A DNA stretch of 63,857 nucleotides, filler included, from Hyphochytrium catenoides (taxonomy: Eukaryota; Protista; Hyphochytriomycota): assembly GCA_900088475.1 (NCBI GenBank). It is 4 parts of 4 records of this genome, joined end to end, with 100 filler letters (N's around TTAATTAATTAA, not from the genome) between each part and the next. Parts side by side here need not be neighbours in the genome. Positions count along the whole stretch, not along the records: positions 27,033 to 55,548 come from FLMG01004300.1; 3 more parts are not named here. One strand, given 5' to 3'. The position numbers were made by a program, and so were the translations under genes. Below the pieces are notes generated by a model. It ran no database searches, was not told the DNA's origin, and saw only the letters and a program-made list of their open reading frames with translations. Positions 36,478 through 47,380 of the stretch are shown piece after piece (the stretch's first letter is position 1; each line of letters begins with the position of its first letter).

Positions 36478-37851
36478 GAGTTTTGGAAGAGAGAGTATCT
36501 CTCTGCCTCTGTGCGCGCCACCTCTTCACCTCGTGCTTCATTGGTTCCTCTTCTTGGTTCCCCCTATCTCTCTTCCTCCTCTTATGACCATTATTCGCTT
36601 GTTATGACGTCTCCTATCTCTGTGTCCTATCCCCTTGGTCTGCGCTGCTCAAGCTCTAACTAGCTATCGGGGTGCGCGTTCATTGAAGCTCGGGTGAGAG
36701 ACTAGAACGATTGTCTGGTCTATTCATTAGCTATTTTTAAATCTGTAGCCCTAGCTCTACCGAGGGGCCAAGTTACTCTAACCCGTAAGACAGACCGTCT
36801 GGTCTATTCCTCCTTTCTTTGCTCGTGTGGCAATGTCAGGATTCCTCTTTTGCTCTGGTTTATCCACCTGTCCATCAAGAGAGGAAGGAGTCTATTCTCT
36901 GTGATAGCAGCTATTTGGTCGCGACAACAACCTCTTGTAAAGCCGCTTGTTCACCCAAAGAAGGAGCAAGGGCTGCCACAACGTAGACCCGACTGGCTCA
37001 CCAAACGCGAGAACGAGATGCCATAACAAAACGTTTGCTCTATCTAGAAGCTTTCTCCGGGGTTAAGACAGCTTGCAGCTCTCTCCCTCTTATTAGCGGG
37101 AAAAAAAAAAGCCTAAGGGTTTCGGGAAGGAAGGCTGTGAAGTGATTGGAGGAGACAGCGTAGCTCTTAGCATTTACCAGATGTAAAGACCAAGCTCTCA
37201 AGACAAATCTTGTCCTAGACATGCCCTGGCCCCACCATCAAATCACTGCGGGACCATCTGTGTCCCACGCCGTTAGCTAGCAGCTCTTCTGGTCATGCCG
37301 TTCAACCGGTCCATACGTCCTGGACGAGAAATTACGTCCCTTTTCGAAGTAACAAGAATAAGTGGGACCGTCAAAAGGGAGCTGTCGTGGCCCAGGGTTA
37401 TGGTAAGCTTACACCAAGCTTCTTCGACTTCAGTGGAGCTGGAGAAAATGCTTCAGAGTTTCGTCTCAAAGCTACTTTCCTTAGACTAAGAAATGACAAG
37501 GTTCAGATGATTGATGAGTCGCCACGCATAACGATCCTTCCTAATCAAAGGTCCGTATGTGCACTGCAGAGATGCAGAGATGGCCTGAGGAGTGGAGGCT
37601 GGAGCTGCTGCTCTACTTTGTTGAATGGTCGTAGAGGGAGGCGAAGAAAGAAGATCTCAAATGAAGATTTTATCGAAGATTCATGAAGATTCTCTGTGGA
37701 TTTTGTTTTCTGTTCTCTGTGCCACTCAGAGCCGCGCCAGCCTTGTAATTCTGTGCAAGTTGCAAGTACAAGTACTGATACTCGTACCGTTATTACAAGT
37801 ATTGCTGGGAATTGGATATAACTCTCTGCAGAGAAAGAAAGAGGAAAAAGA

Positions 37852-37923
37852 AGCAGCCAACCGGATTTGAACCAGTGACCTATTGAGCTGCAATCAATTG
37901 CTCTACCACTGAGCTATGGCTGC
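37852..37923 (-). tRNA. trnC-GCA: tRNA-Cys(GCA)
   Basis: Reverse complement GCAGCCA TA GCTC AGTGGTA GAGC A ATTGA TTGCAGC TCAAT AGGTC ACTGG TTCAAAT CCGGT TGGCTGC T gives a full cloverleaf with U73. A T5 Pol III terminator follows (37849-37845). Confidence 0.95.
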
Positions 37924-38349
37924 TGACATGCTATTTGGACCCGAAAGACTAGTTTATAGACGTTAGATCCTCGTTTTTTGTTCGACAATAGCGCGGAGAA
38001 ATTGCGAACGAAAGGGCATGAGCAGCGAATTTCGGGTTTTGCTGAAATCTCGGACTGCATAATGAAGGCGCAATAAAATTCGAATTTCCTATCAGATCAA
38101 TCTACAGAGCTTTTGTCTTCGTTGGACAGAGTTTTAGAGAGACGTGTCGCGTCTTCATGATAAGCTGATCGATTCTGGTGGAAGAAAGTCGGGCTTCCCA
38201 GAGCCCTACGAGGGGCGATGATGGTACTTTGTCTACGCATTCTTCTTCTGATGCTGTTGCGTCTAAGTTACTAGTGAACTGCGTTTATTCTTGAGCGTCC
38301 AACTATTCGTGAGATCCCAGCTCGTGAACTGCGTCGGAACTGCTTTGTA

Positions 38350-41300
38350 ATGTCAGATCCAACACCAGCGGTACCGGAAGCTCAGCCTGCTGAGGGTGAT
38401 TCTGGAAAGTCTAAGATTGGTGATATAGAGGGAGAGAAAGGACCTGAGGAGGATCAGCTCCAGGTCAAGCCCCGGGACCGGGACTTTTACTCCCTAGTTG
38501 TGACTGTCACAGACATTAGAGAACTGCCTGTTCTCTCAGAGGTCATACAAAAGCAAGGCGATGAGCTGCATGCTGCGCTATGTGATAAGAACTTTGGTGC
38601 ACACCTCAAGGTGCAATGCAGGAGGTGGGCTTGTTTACACTGTCTCTTGTGCTTCCATGCAGCGCTCATCTTATTTACCAAGAGTTGCCCTTAATCACGC
38701 TCCTCGCTCGCACCACAGGCTCTCGAATCCCACCGTCGTGGAGTTCATTACGACTATTGAGGAATTACAGCGAAAAGCGCCACGGGAGAGCGTCTTCTTC
38801 CTCTTTCTAATGGTAAGAAGAGCTTATACTGTGAAGAAGGGGTCATACGTGAAGTGATAGGCAATAGGAGAAGAAGTACTGGATAAGTTGGCACGACCAA
38901 GAGAGTCGAGTGCGTGGTTGAAGACGGAGCGATGTAGCAAAGAATGATGGTGAGTCAGAGAAGAGAGATGTAGGGAGAGAGTGCAAGCCCAAATGAGGGA
39001 GAATATGGTGCATACAACTCACGGCCTTCGTCTTCTTCTCGCTCATTCCAAGACCTTAGGAGTGGAAGTGACGAAAGGTACCACCAGAAGAGAAGCTTTG
39101 TTTCCGTATACCGTCATCGGTTCTGCTTCGACGTGCCTCCTCCCCACTAGAACTTGAACCCTTCCTCCATTTGCTAGCTGTTTCTGAAAAGATTAAACTG
39201 CACCTGCTCATTCCTTGAATGGAGTATTTTTCGAGTTGTTTGAGAGCCTCTCTCGCTCTTCTTGCCTTGAACATGGTTCACCAGGGTCAAACAAGGGTTC
39301 TTATCTTCTGTGCTCCGACTCTTCCCTCGCTACGACGGAGGAGCTCATGGCGAGTGCGATAAAGAAGGATAAGCTCTCCCGGCTTCTACACGGTATGGGG
39401 GAGAGTCTTTAACCTTCTCTTTCTCCCTTATTTCTTGTCATGCCAAGCTTCTGAGCATCGTCCTTAGATACTCGCTCCCAATGTACTTGCTGTCTGTTCG
39501 TTGGTAGCTCTCATGTGCTGCTTGGCAGATCCCTTACGGTACTTTCAGCATTTGGTGGTTGAGGCTACCTCCCGTCTGATTGAGGCTACCTCCCGTCTTA
39601 CACGAGGTTGCTTTACTTTTAGGCATAAGGTCCAAGGATAAGGTATTAGCTCTGGATCTCTGGCCAGATAACAAAATACTTCGAAGTAGTGCTGGACGGA
39701 TCACTCACTTGCGTCCAGCTGTAGAAGCAAACTTTCTTCAATCGCTCTACGAGCAAACGTCTGCCCTTAGAAAGAAGGATATTGAGAGTGCACAATTCCA
39801 AGAGCTTGTTAACCTGGTCGAAGGACCAGCTGGAACAGCAGGACCCAAAGATGTAGAAGGAAAGAGGAGGAGTCCCTCAAAGAAAGGAGGGAAAATGAGC
39901 ATCATGGACCAGGCGATGGTACAAGCGGAAGAGGTCGCTGCAGAAAAGGCTCTGGAGGCTGCTGTCGAAGTGAAGAAGCCCTCGACCCTTCGTGTTCTTT
40001 TCTCTCGGTCAAGGGAACAGGAGCCATCTTATGCGGATCCAGGAGTGAACCATCTTCACATCATTGGCGCCTGCGCTGGGGATCAGGTGGAGGTATGGAC
40101 CCGTACGGGCCCGGTCTCTGCCAAACATTATGATGAGCTCCCCTTAGGATGTTACACTTGTCTCCCCCTTAACTTGGTTACTTCTACTCCGCCCAAGAGA
40201 TTCACTGCTGCCCTTTTATGCTTTCCTACCCTTGGTTCATAGGGACGTGGTTGCTTACTCTGTTCTATGGTCTGTGACATTTCGTCAGGTCTCCCTTACC
40301 ACCGACAAAAAGAACCTCTTCTTAAGTTACTTGATTCATGGAATAAGAGGCCTCGCCAGCTTCGATTGGAGAAAGTTCCATACCAGCTCTCCATCATCTC
40401 TTAAAACGCTTCTAGGAGAAGGACCTCCGCCCTGTCTCCACGAGTTTGTGCGCTCCAAATGGCTGGCTTATTATCTTCAACAAGAAATGCGCCTTGCGGG
40501 CGAGAGAGTAGAGAGAGCGGAGAAGGAAATAAAAGAGAATAGAGAACGAGTTATAAACTCTGTCCCTTTGGTGGGAGAGAAGCCTGTCCACAGCCAGACC
40601 GTCCAGCTAGTGGGTTTCGTACCCGGCTATGACATCGCGGTGTGCAAAACTCCACGTAAGCGGCCGATTATACTCATATACTCATACTTCACTGCGTCTT
40701 TGCTCAGCTCGTCCTAGTCGTCACTTTTCTGAGATAGTTTTGTGCAGTGAACAGTTATTCACGTTCCACATCCATTGGTCTGTTAACCTTTCTTCTCCTC
40801 TTCTTCCTCAACTTCGTTTCGTACTCTCGTCCACTCTATCCCCAACATTTCTCAATAGGAGTGCTCTCTCCGCCTCCAAAGGCCCCAGAAGTGAGAGGAT
40901 TTATCCCACGCGGACTCTCTCTAATCTGGAGAGTGGACACATCGGCCTTCCAACCTCTGGCTCCTGGAATAGTTGCATTTGAGATACAGAGGAAGGTAAA
41001 TTGGCTCTTTCTACGGTTTCTCCTTGCTATGATCTGCCCGAAGCAAAGCTGTCTGTCTATCTTTACGCATTTTTCTGTCTTGTCAGCCCTCGTTCTCAGT
41101 TTTTCTCTAAGGCTTCACTACCCGCATCATCCATTAATGTATCCCAACTCTATTCAGGCTGAGAATAGCAGAATGGGATGGGAGCACGCGGGTCTTGCCC
41201 TTCGACTGAATGAGATGAGCCATCTGATCCCCGAAGCTCCTGACGGAGAGAAGCGTGAAGTAATTCTCACGGACCCATCTCTCTCCGTCTCAATGGGAGC

Positions 41301-42655
41301 ATCCGAAGGAGCACCTACGCTGACTTCTCAACAGATAATGACATTCCGGCACACAATCGCTGGCCTTGTACCCGATGTTCAATACCGGTCTTCTTCTCCT
41401 CTTTCTCAAGTCTCCTAGTCCATGCCACATCACATCACCTGGGAATCCTTCCATCTCTGCTTGCACTATTTGTTCGCTGATGTCTACTGACAGTCTCGCC
41501 TAGGTCCTTCTTTTCTTCCTTGCCCCACTGTTTAATAGAAAATGCCCCTAAATGCCTGGTGTTTGATGTCACTGCCTGACTGTTCTCCTCGTTCAGATAC
41601 CGAGTCCGGGCGCTAAGTGGAGGAGGATGGGGCGATTTGTCCCCTCCCTCAGGACTTGTAAGGACATTACGAGCTGGAGATAAAGAGAAGAAACTCAGCC
41701 ACTTTCCTCCCCAAAAAAGAGAAGCGGATGATAACTTGGGGTCACTAGTGCTGGCCTTATCGAAAAATCACTTTGACAGAGCTGCTCAGCTGAAGCACTT
41801 TGGCCGACTGTCTTGGATTTTGGCGGAAAGCGGAGGTAGGATGGCAGTATAGTTTTTCTTCCTCTTTGCTCTTCTTCCTCAATAGAATATCCGTCCGATC
41901 ACCCTCTTTTGTCTCTCTGGATATTCTTTCCATCAAATCCCATAGGTATCTCTCTTGTTTGGCGCACTTTCTCCTCGTGCCTTGATCTCCCGAAATCTGC
42001 CCGCTAATGCTCGACACATGCTCTCTCTCTCTTTGGATTGTGGATAACATAAGTATGACCTATTTTTTTTTTGCTCCATATGGCGCAGAGGAAGGTTTGC
42101 CGGGATACGGAAATCATGCAATTTTGTCCAGTGAGATGGCTAGCACTCTCCTAGAGAGAGGACACGAGGCAAGGAGACGGTTCTCCTTGGACCCTCTCCT
42201 GGCGGAGAGAGTCAGCGTTGCCCTGGCTCTTTGCGCCCTCAAAGGTTTGAAGCCTCACTCTTCGATTTGTTTGCTTGTGCTCTTGTCGTCTCTTAATCTT
42301 ACTTCTTTGTGTGGGAAGTGCATTTCTGTCTACACCTGGTGTCCTAGCGGATTGGGGCTGCCATACTTGTTCATTCTTTCTCTCTCTTGTCCCTCTCTTT
42401 ATCTGTCTGTGTCTCTCTTTCTCTTCACAAACGGTTCGTCTTCGTCTTCCCTCCGTCACTTCGGAAGGGTATTCTCTTACGATAGACCATCTACGTTCTC
42501 ATCTCACTGCTTTCCTTGTCTCTGCCATAGTCCCAGTGCTGAGAGAGAGAGTTACAAAGCTTATTAAGGAGGCACAAGATGCATTTCCTGCCCAACTCCA
42601 TCCAGAGCTCCACATCGCTACCCAGAGGGCTCTTGACAGATTGTCGCAGCCATAG
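38350..42655 (+). CDS. Caspase/metacaspase-fold (peptidase C14-like, predicted inactive) + fibronectin type III + helical C-terminus; multi-exon
   Basis: Exons 38350-38624, 38719-38812, 39053-39077, 39285-39392 and 39623 onward give YSLVVTV..LHAALCDKNFG..RRLSNPTVVEF..VFFLFLMTLG..GSYLLCSDS..SAI..LSRLLHGIRSKDKVLALDLW..LHIIGACAGDQ..NLFLSYLIHGIRG..LHEFVRS..QTVQL. The FN3 region reads LSPPPKAPEV..LSLIW..FEIQR..HTIAGLVPDVQYR|YRVRALSGGGWGDLSPPS. Stop TAG 42653-5. Confidence 0.8.
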
Positions 42656-43342
42656 AGCTATTGACATACTCCTAGATTAGATAGAGGGCCAGACATCTTG
42701 TCATAGCTATAGAGAGAGACATCACTTAACAAGAGAGAGAGAGAGAATTGTGGAGGGAGGAGGCTACTGGAACACACGGCTATCATAGAAAGGGATTAAT
42801 CCTCTTTATAGGGTTACGTCCCACGTTATAGGGTTATGTACTGTCGTCTAACAAGTGCAGCAGGATACAACGATCTTCTTCTTAGCGAAGCAGCAGAGAA
42901 GAGACAGCAAAGCAGTAAGGTCAACCAACGAAAGGAATGAAGGCGGGAAGGGAAAGACACGAACTCTTTCTCAGGAAGAGAGATTCCCGGATTGGAAATT
43001 GAAATGAGAGTGTGGCATCACACTCTGGTGCTCCTATCAAGGAAACAGGAGAGAGAAGAAAGAGACAGCAGGCGGCGAGAGAGGAAAGGATGCCAGCTCT
43101 TGGCTTTCTTTCCTTCTTCAACGAGTGGGAGATGCCGCCGGTCTCCTCTTCCTATCCTCAACGCAGAAGGAGGTCGTCAAGGATTCTAAGGTATATAATG
43201 AAGGGAACAAGACGCATGTAAAGGATAGGAAGACACTGCCCAGTGGAAGCGAGGCAGCACGCACAGTGACGTAAATATGAAGCAGGAGAATCACACCGAG
43301 AGAAAGGGAAGACAGGAGCGATTAAGGTCTTCTCCCATTCCC

Positions 43343-44260
43343 TTAGCAGATCTTTGCAACCTTCGCAGCTCTAACCACGGGGTTCTGCTCTGCAAGCTTT
43401 CTCTTGTTGCTCAACTTGTAGTCAAACGTGCACTTGTGCGACTCTGCCATTCGGTGCGATGTGCAGAAGGTGTAACCGCACCGGCAGGTGACTGCCGCTA
43501 AGGGGACCTTCTTGCTGCATTCCCAGCATTTTCTTCTGTTCTTCTGGACTGGCTTGGCCTCCTCTACCGGAGCGGGAGCAGGCGAGATAGAGACTGAGGG
43601 AGAGGAGAGAGATACTAGAGGAGAGAGAGGGGCAACAGCTGCCTCTGCAATTCGTCTGTTGAAGACGGCGGCAGACGATGGAGACCGAGAGAGACGAGAA
43701 AAGTCGATGAATCTGCCTGTTCTACCGTCCAGGTTCTCAAAGACATTCATCAGCTGCTTCTCTCTTACGCCAAGCATGTGTGCAAGGGAGCTGAAGACGA
43801 CGGTATCGTCATTGAGCTGCTCATCGTACTCGCCGTCCTCTTCTTCATCATCGTAGTCCGAGAAAGAGTCTTCATCTTCCGAGTCTCCATTTGACATTGC
43901 ACTGTAGGTACTGACAATCTTTGCAATCACAGCAAGCTTGTACCGCTGTTCAGGAGTCAAGGTTATTGTCTGTCGTCTGGAAAGCTCTGGAACTGATGGC
44001 ACGAAGGCCTCTGTCCCTATCGAGCTTGGTAAGCCGCCGTCTGTGCTGCTACTACTATTCCTATTGATCGGGCTATTGCTGCTTCGGCCAGATGGAGACT
44101 CAGCTGAGAGACCCAAAGGTGCTACTGAGGTGTTAATGGCGGGAGGGGCCACGCGGGCGCCATCACACTCGCACTTGCCGCTAGTGGCGCTGCTGGACAC
44201 AGCTTCTGGCTGAGGAACAGAGGCCAGAGGCTCCTTGCCGATGTCGTTGTTATTGTTCAT
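43343..44260 (-). CDS. AN1-type zinc-finger protein (ZFAND5/6 / plant SAP-like C-terminus, no A20 finger)
   Basis: C-terminal CWECSKKVPLAAVTCRCGYTFCTSHRMAESHKCTFDYK..LAEQNPVVRAAKVAKI; uninterrupted 305-aa ORF. Confidence 0.93.
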   Translation of the reverse strand: MNNNNDIGKEPLASVPQPEAVSSSATSGKCECDGARVAPPAINTSVAPLGLSAESPSGRSSNSPINRNSSSSTDGGLPSSIGTEAFVPSVPELSRRQTITLTPEQRYKLAVIAKIVSTYSAMSNGDSEDEDSFSDYDDEEEDGEYDEQLNDDTVVFSSLAHMLGVREKQLMNVFENLDGRTGRFIDFSRLSRSPSSAAVFNRRIAEAAVAPLSPLVSLSSPSVSISPAPAPVEEAKPVQKNRRKCWECSKKVPLAAVTCRCGYTFCTSHRMAESHKCTFDYKLSNKRKLAEQNPVVRAAKVAKIC

Positions 44261-44629
44261 GGCTGTGTGAGAGTCTATGAGGTTTATCCACGCCAGAGGG
44301 AGAGAGATGAGAAGGAAGCAAGCGGAAGAGAAAGGAAGGATCTATACGCTATAGAGGCGTGCTCTAATCCGCGGCTTTGGCGGCACCTGGACGCGGCAGA
44401 GACGGAAGAAAGGAGACTGATGAGCGTCAGGTGAGGGCTCTTAAGACGCGGATGTGCCGGCGAAAGTGCTACTGAGTGTAGAACGTAGCGCGTGACGCTG
44501 GGTAAAAGAACGGAAAGCTTCCACGGAACAAAAGCAATGAGGAAAAAAGAGTGAAGAGAGACCTTGTGTTGCTTGGAGAGCGAGCGGTCGAGTGAGGGTA
44601 AGAGAAGACGACGGAGATGCTCGTTCCGC

Positions 44630-45163
44630 TTGTCTCTCTCTTCGTTCTGCGCTCCCAGGACCCAATCCTCTCTCTTCCTCTCTCCTCTCTCGTGTGCAGT
44701 ACAGGAGGGACGGAAAAGTGGGAAGCGTGCTGACTTCCAAAAGCGGTCTCTCTCAGAGAGAGAGAGAGAGAGAGAGAGAGGAGGTAACTTTGGGGACGTC
44801 ACAGTCTTAGTTGGGTCTCAGTCTGTCTAACGTTGGCACTTGCACGTGGAGAGGAATATTATCCTCTTTCGGAAAGACGAAAAGAAGAGAGATCGAGAGG
44901 ACAGAACGTCGCCGTCGGTTTATTTGGCTCACTTCTTTCTTCGCGCCGTGGCTTCTACAGGCAGAACAGGGCGGAACCTCCAGAGGGAAGACACAGAGAA
45001 GCGAAGAAAGAGTAACAGAAAAGAAGGAAAGACCAGGAAGGCAAAAGGGGAGCAGAGAGAGAGAGAGAGAGAGGACAAGAACGAGAGAGCCTTTTATGGG
45101 CTTGTGTATGGGTGCATCTGTACAGTTCTAAGTGGACGCAAGCTGAAAAAGAAACAGTGGGAG

Positions 45164-45221
<58 letters not shown>

Positions 45222-45964
45222 TCTTGGTCACACCCTGTCTCTCTCTCTCTTCTATTTTCCTGAGATGGAGATGATAACCACCTCCACAATGGGACCAAGC
45301 TCATCCTATACATACGCCTATAACCTCTCTCTTTTACTAGCTAGAGTGTGAAGCCACCTGAACATAGACCGCCTGCAGCTTTTGTCCCTTGAGAAGGGAA
45401 AAGTGGGGCAAAAGTCGACCCTGTAACCCTCATCTTTAGCCTCTCCTCTCCCTTGACTCTGTCTCGCCCATCCTCTACTCTGTCTCTCAAATGCAAGGTA
45501 TTCATTATTGATAACTGGCACCTTGGACAGAGTAAAAGGTATCTAGTGGGCCTCGTACTCTCTCAGCACACCTGCTCACCTTTTTACATTTTTCCTTTCA
45601 TCACATTCTGTCTTTGGCTCTCCCAAACTCTGTCTCTTAGTCTGTCCAATGTAAAAGCCCTATTTCTCATATCTTTTCCCCAAGGTTCTCCATCTCTCCC
45701 TTTTATCGTCCTCTCGCAGAAGTGTCACAACGGTCCAGACAGAGGCTTTGCATGTGATGTCTCCCTCCTATCTCTCTCTCGCTGACCCCTCACGAGTGTG
45801 ACCAACAGGGAGGAAGTCCAAGCGGCATACGTTTGGGTCGCTCCTTCTTTTGGCATCCAGAATAGCTCGGTAGGGTGGTTCTAATTGCGGCTTATTATCA
45901 GGAATGATAGGACGATAGCGGCAAAAGCAAAAGTTTTAGTTGCAGCGGCTCTTTCTCTCTTTCT

Positions 45965-46003
<39 letters not shown>

Positions 46004-47380
46004 ATCTCTCTCTCTCTTTGTCGTCCCCAGCTTTTTGGTCTTTCTTTTGTCTCTCTCTCTCTCTTTCTCTCACATGGTCTCTCCTCTTTCTTCCCGTCCG
46101 CAGGATCGAAGGATCTTAAAGTCGGCCCTTCGATAGATTTCATGGAGAGAGATTCTCTCTCTTCTATGCCTCTCCGGGCCGAGCAGTTCTAGAGAGTGAG
46201 ACAGGCTCGTTCTCTCTCTCTCTCTTCTCTTTCTCTCTCTCTCTTTTGCCACCGTTTATTATCTGATCTTTCTGTCCTTGTGTTTCTTTACACTCTTATT
46301 AGAACTATTCCTTTTGTTCGATGCATGATAAAGTCTGCGGAAGAATGACTGCAAGCCAGAATAAAGAATCAACGAGAGAAAGAAAGAGAGAAAGAGACCT
46401 GACCAGAGCTCTGACATAGCAAGACGACATGGAAAGAGTGAAGAGAGAGAGAGAGACAGAAAGAAAGACAGAAAGAAAAGAAAAGAGAGAGGATGGAACC
46501 TTTTTCCTGCCGTTACATTTCTTGATCCTTGTGATGCTGCCCCAGCGTCTCTCTTGGGCTTTATCCACACAGTTTATCTATCTTTCTATTCTTTCTTCTC
46601 TCTCTCTCTTCCTCTCTTCTCTCTCTCTCTCTCTCTCCCGTTTTGTCTGTCTCAGCTCTCTCATCTTCCTCTGTTTCGTACCGCCCTCTGTCTCTGCTCT
46701 CCCTTCGTAACCTCTTTGGCTCACTTTATCCCCTGTCCATCGGTCTCTGTCTCCTGCTTTTTCTCTCTTCTTTTCTCTCCTGGAAGGCAATAAACAGGGA
46801 GAGTGAACCAAAAACTTTGAGGAGGAAGAGAAAAGACATCACTTTTGGCCTTCAACCTCAACAAAGGACCCTCTACAAAGCGTGTTTTCTAGACGATGAA
46901 CGGGAAGAAAAAACGAGGGAAGAGAGTTCGCTTTCTCTCTCTCTCTCTCTTTCTCTGTCTCTTTCTCTCTATTTTTTCTCCTATCTCTCTCTCTTTCCCC
47001 TCCTGAGCCTTTATATTTTTATAGACCAACGCGACTTCTTGTGCGGCACAGCCCTTGTCTCACTGGCCACTTTCTCCCTTTCGCGGCTGCCTTGAACTCA
47101 GTTCCAGTGCCCATCTCGTTCGCCATCACAAAGGCCAAAGAAGACAGACTGTGACGTGCGAGAGATCAGAAGGGCCAAAGGAAAATGAGAGAGAGAAGGC
47201 TGGAGAAAGAGAGAGAGAGGAATAGCTCTCTCCTTGTTGGGAGCAGCTTGTACTCGTACGAGGAAAAGAAACGTGGGCTGTGAACGAGATGCAGCTTGGC
47301 CTAGGAAAAGAACCAAGTGAAAAGGGAGAAAGAGAGAAAGAGAGAGAGAGAAAGAGAGAGAGATTTCAAGAGAGAGAGTT
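44630..47380. repeat. About 2.7 kb of alternating (GA)n and (TC)n blocks upstream of the AN1 gene
   Basis: GA blocks at 44755-44780, 45160-45221, 46375-46490 and 47320-47378; TC blocks at 45950-46070, 46210-46245, 46580-46640 and 46930-46995. Confidence 0.85.
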
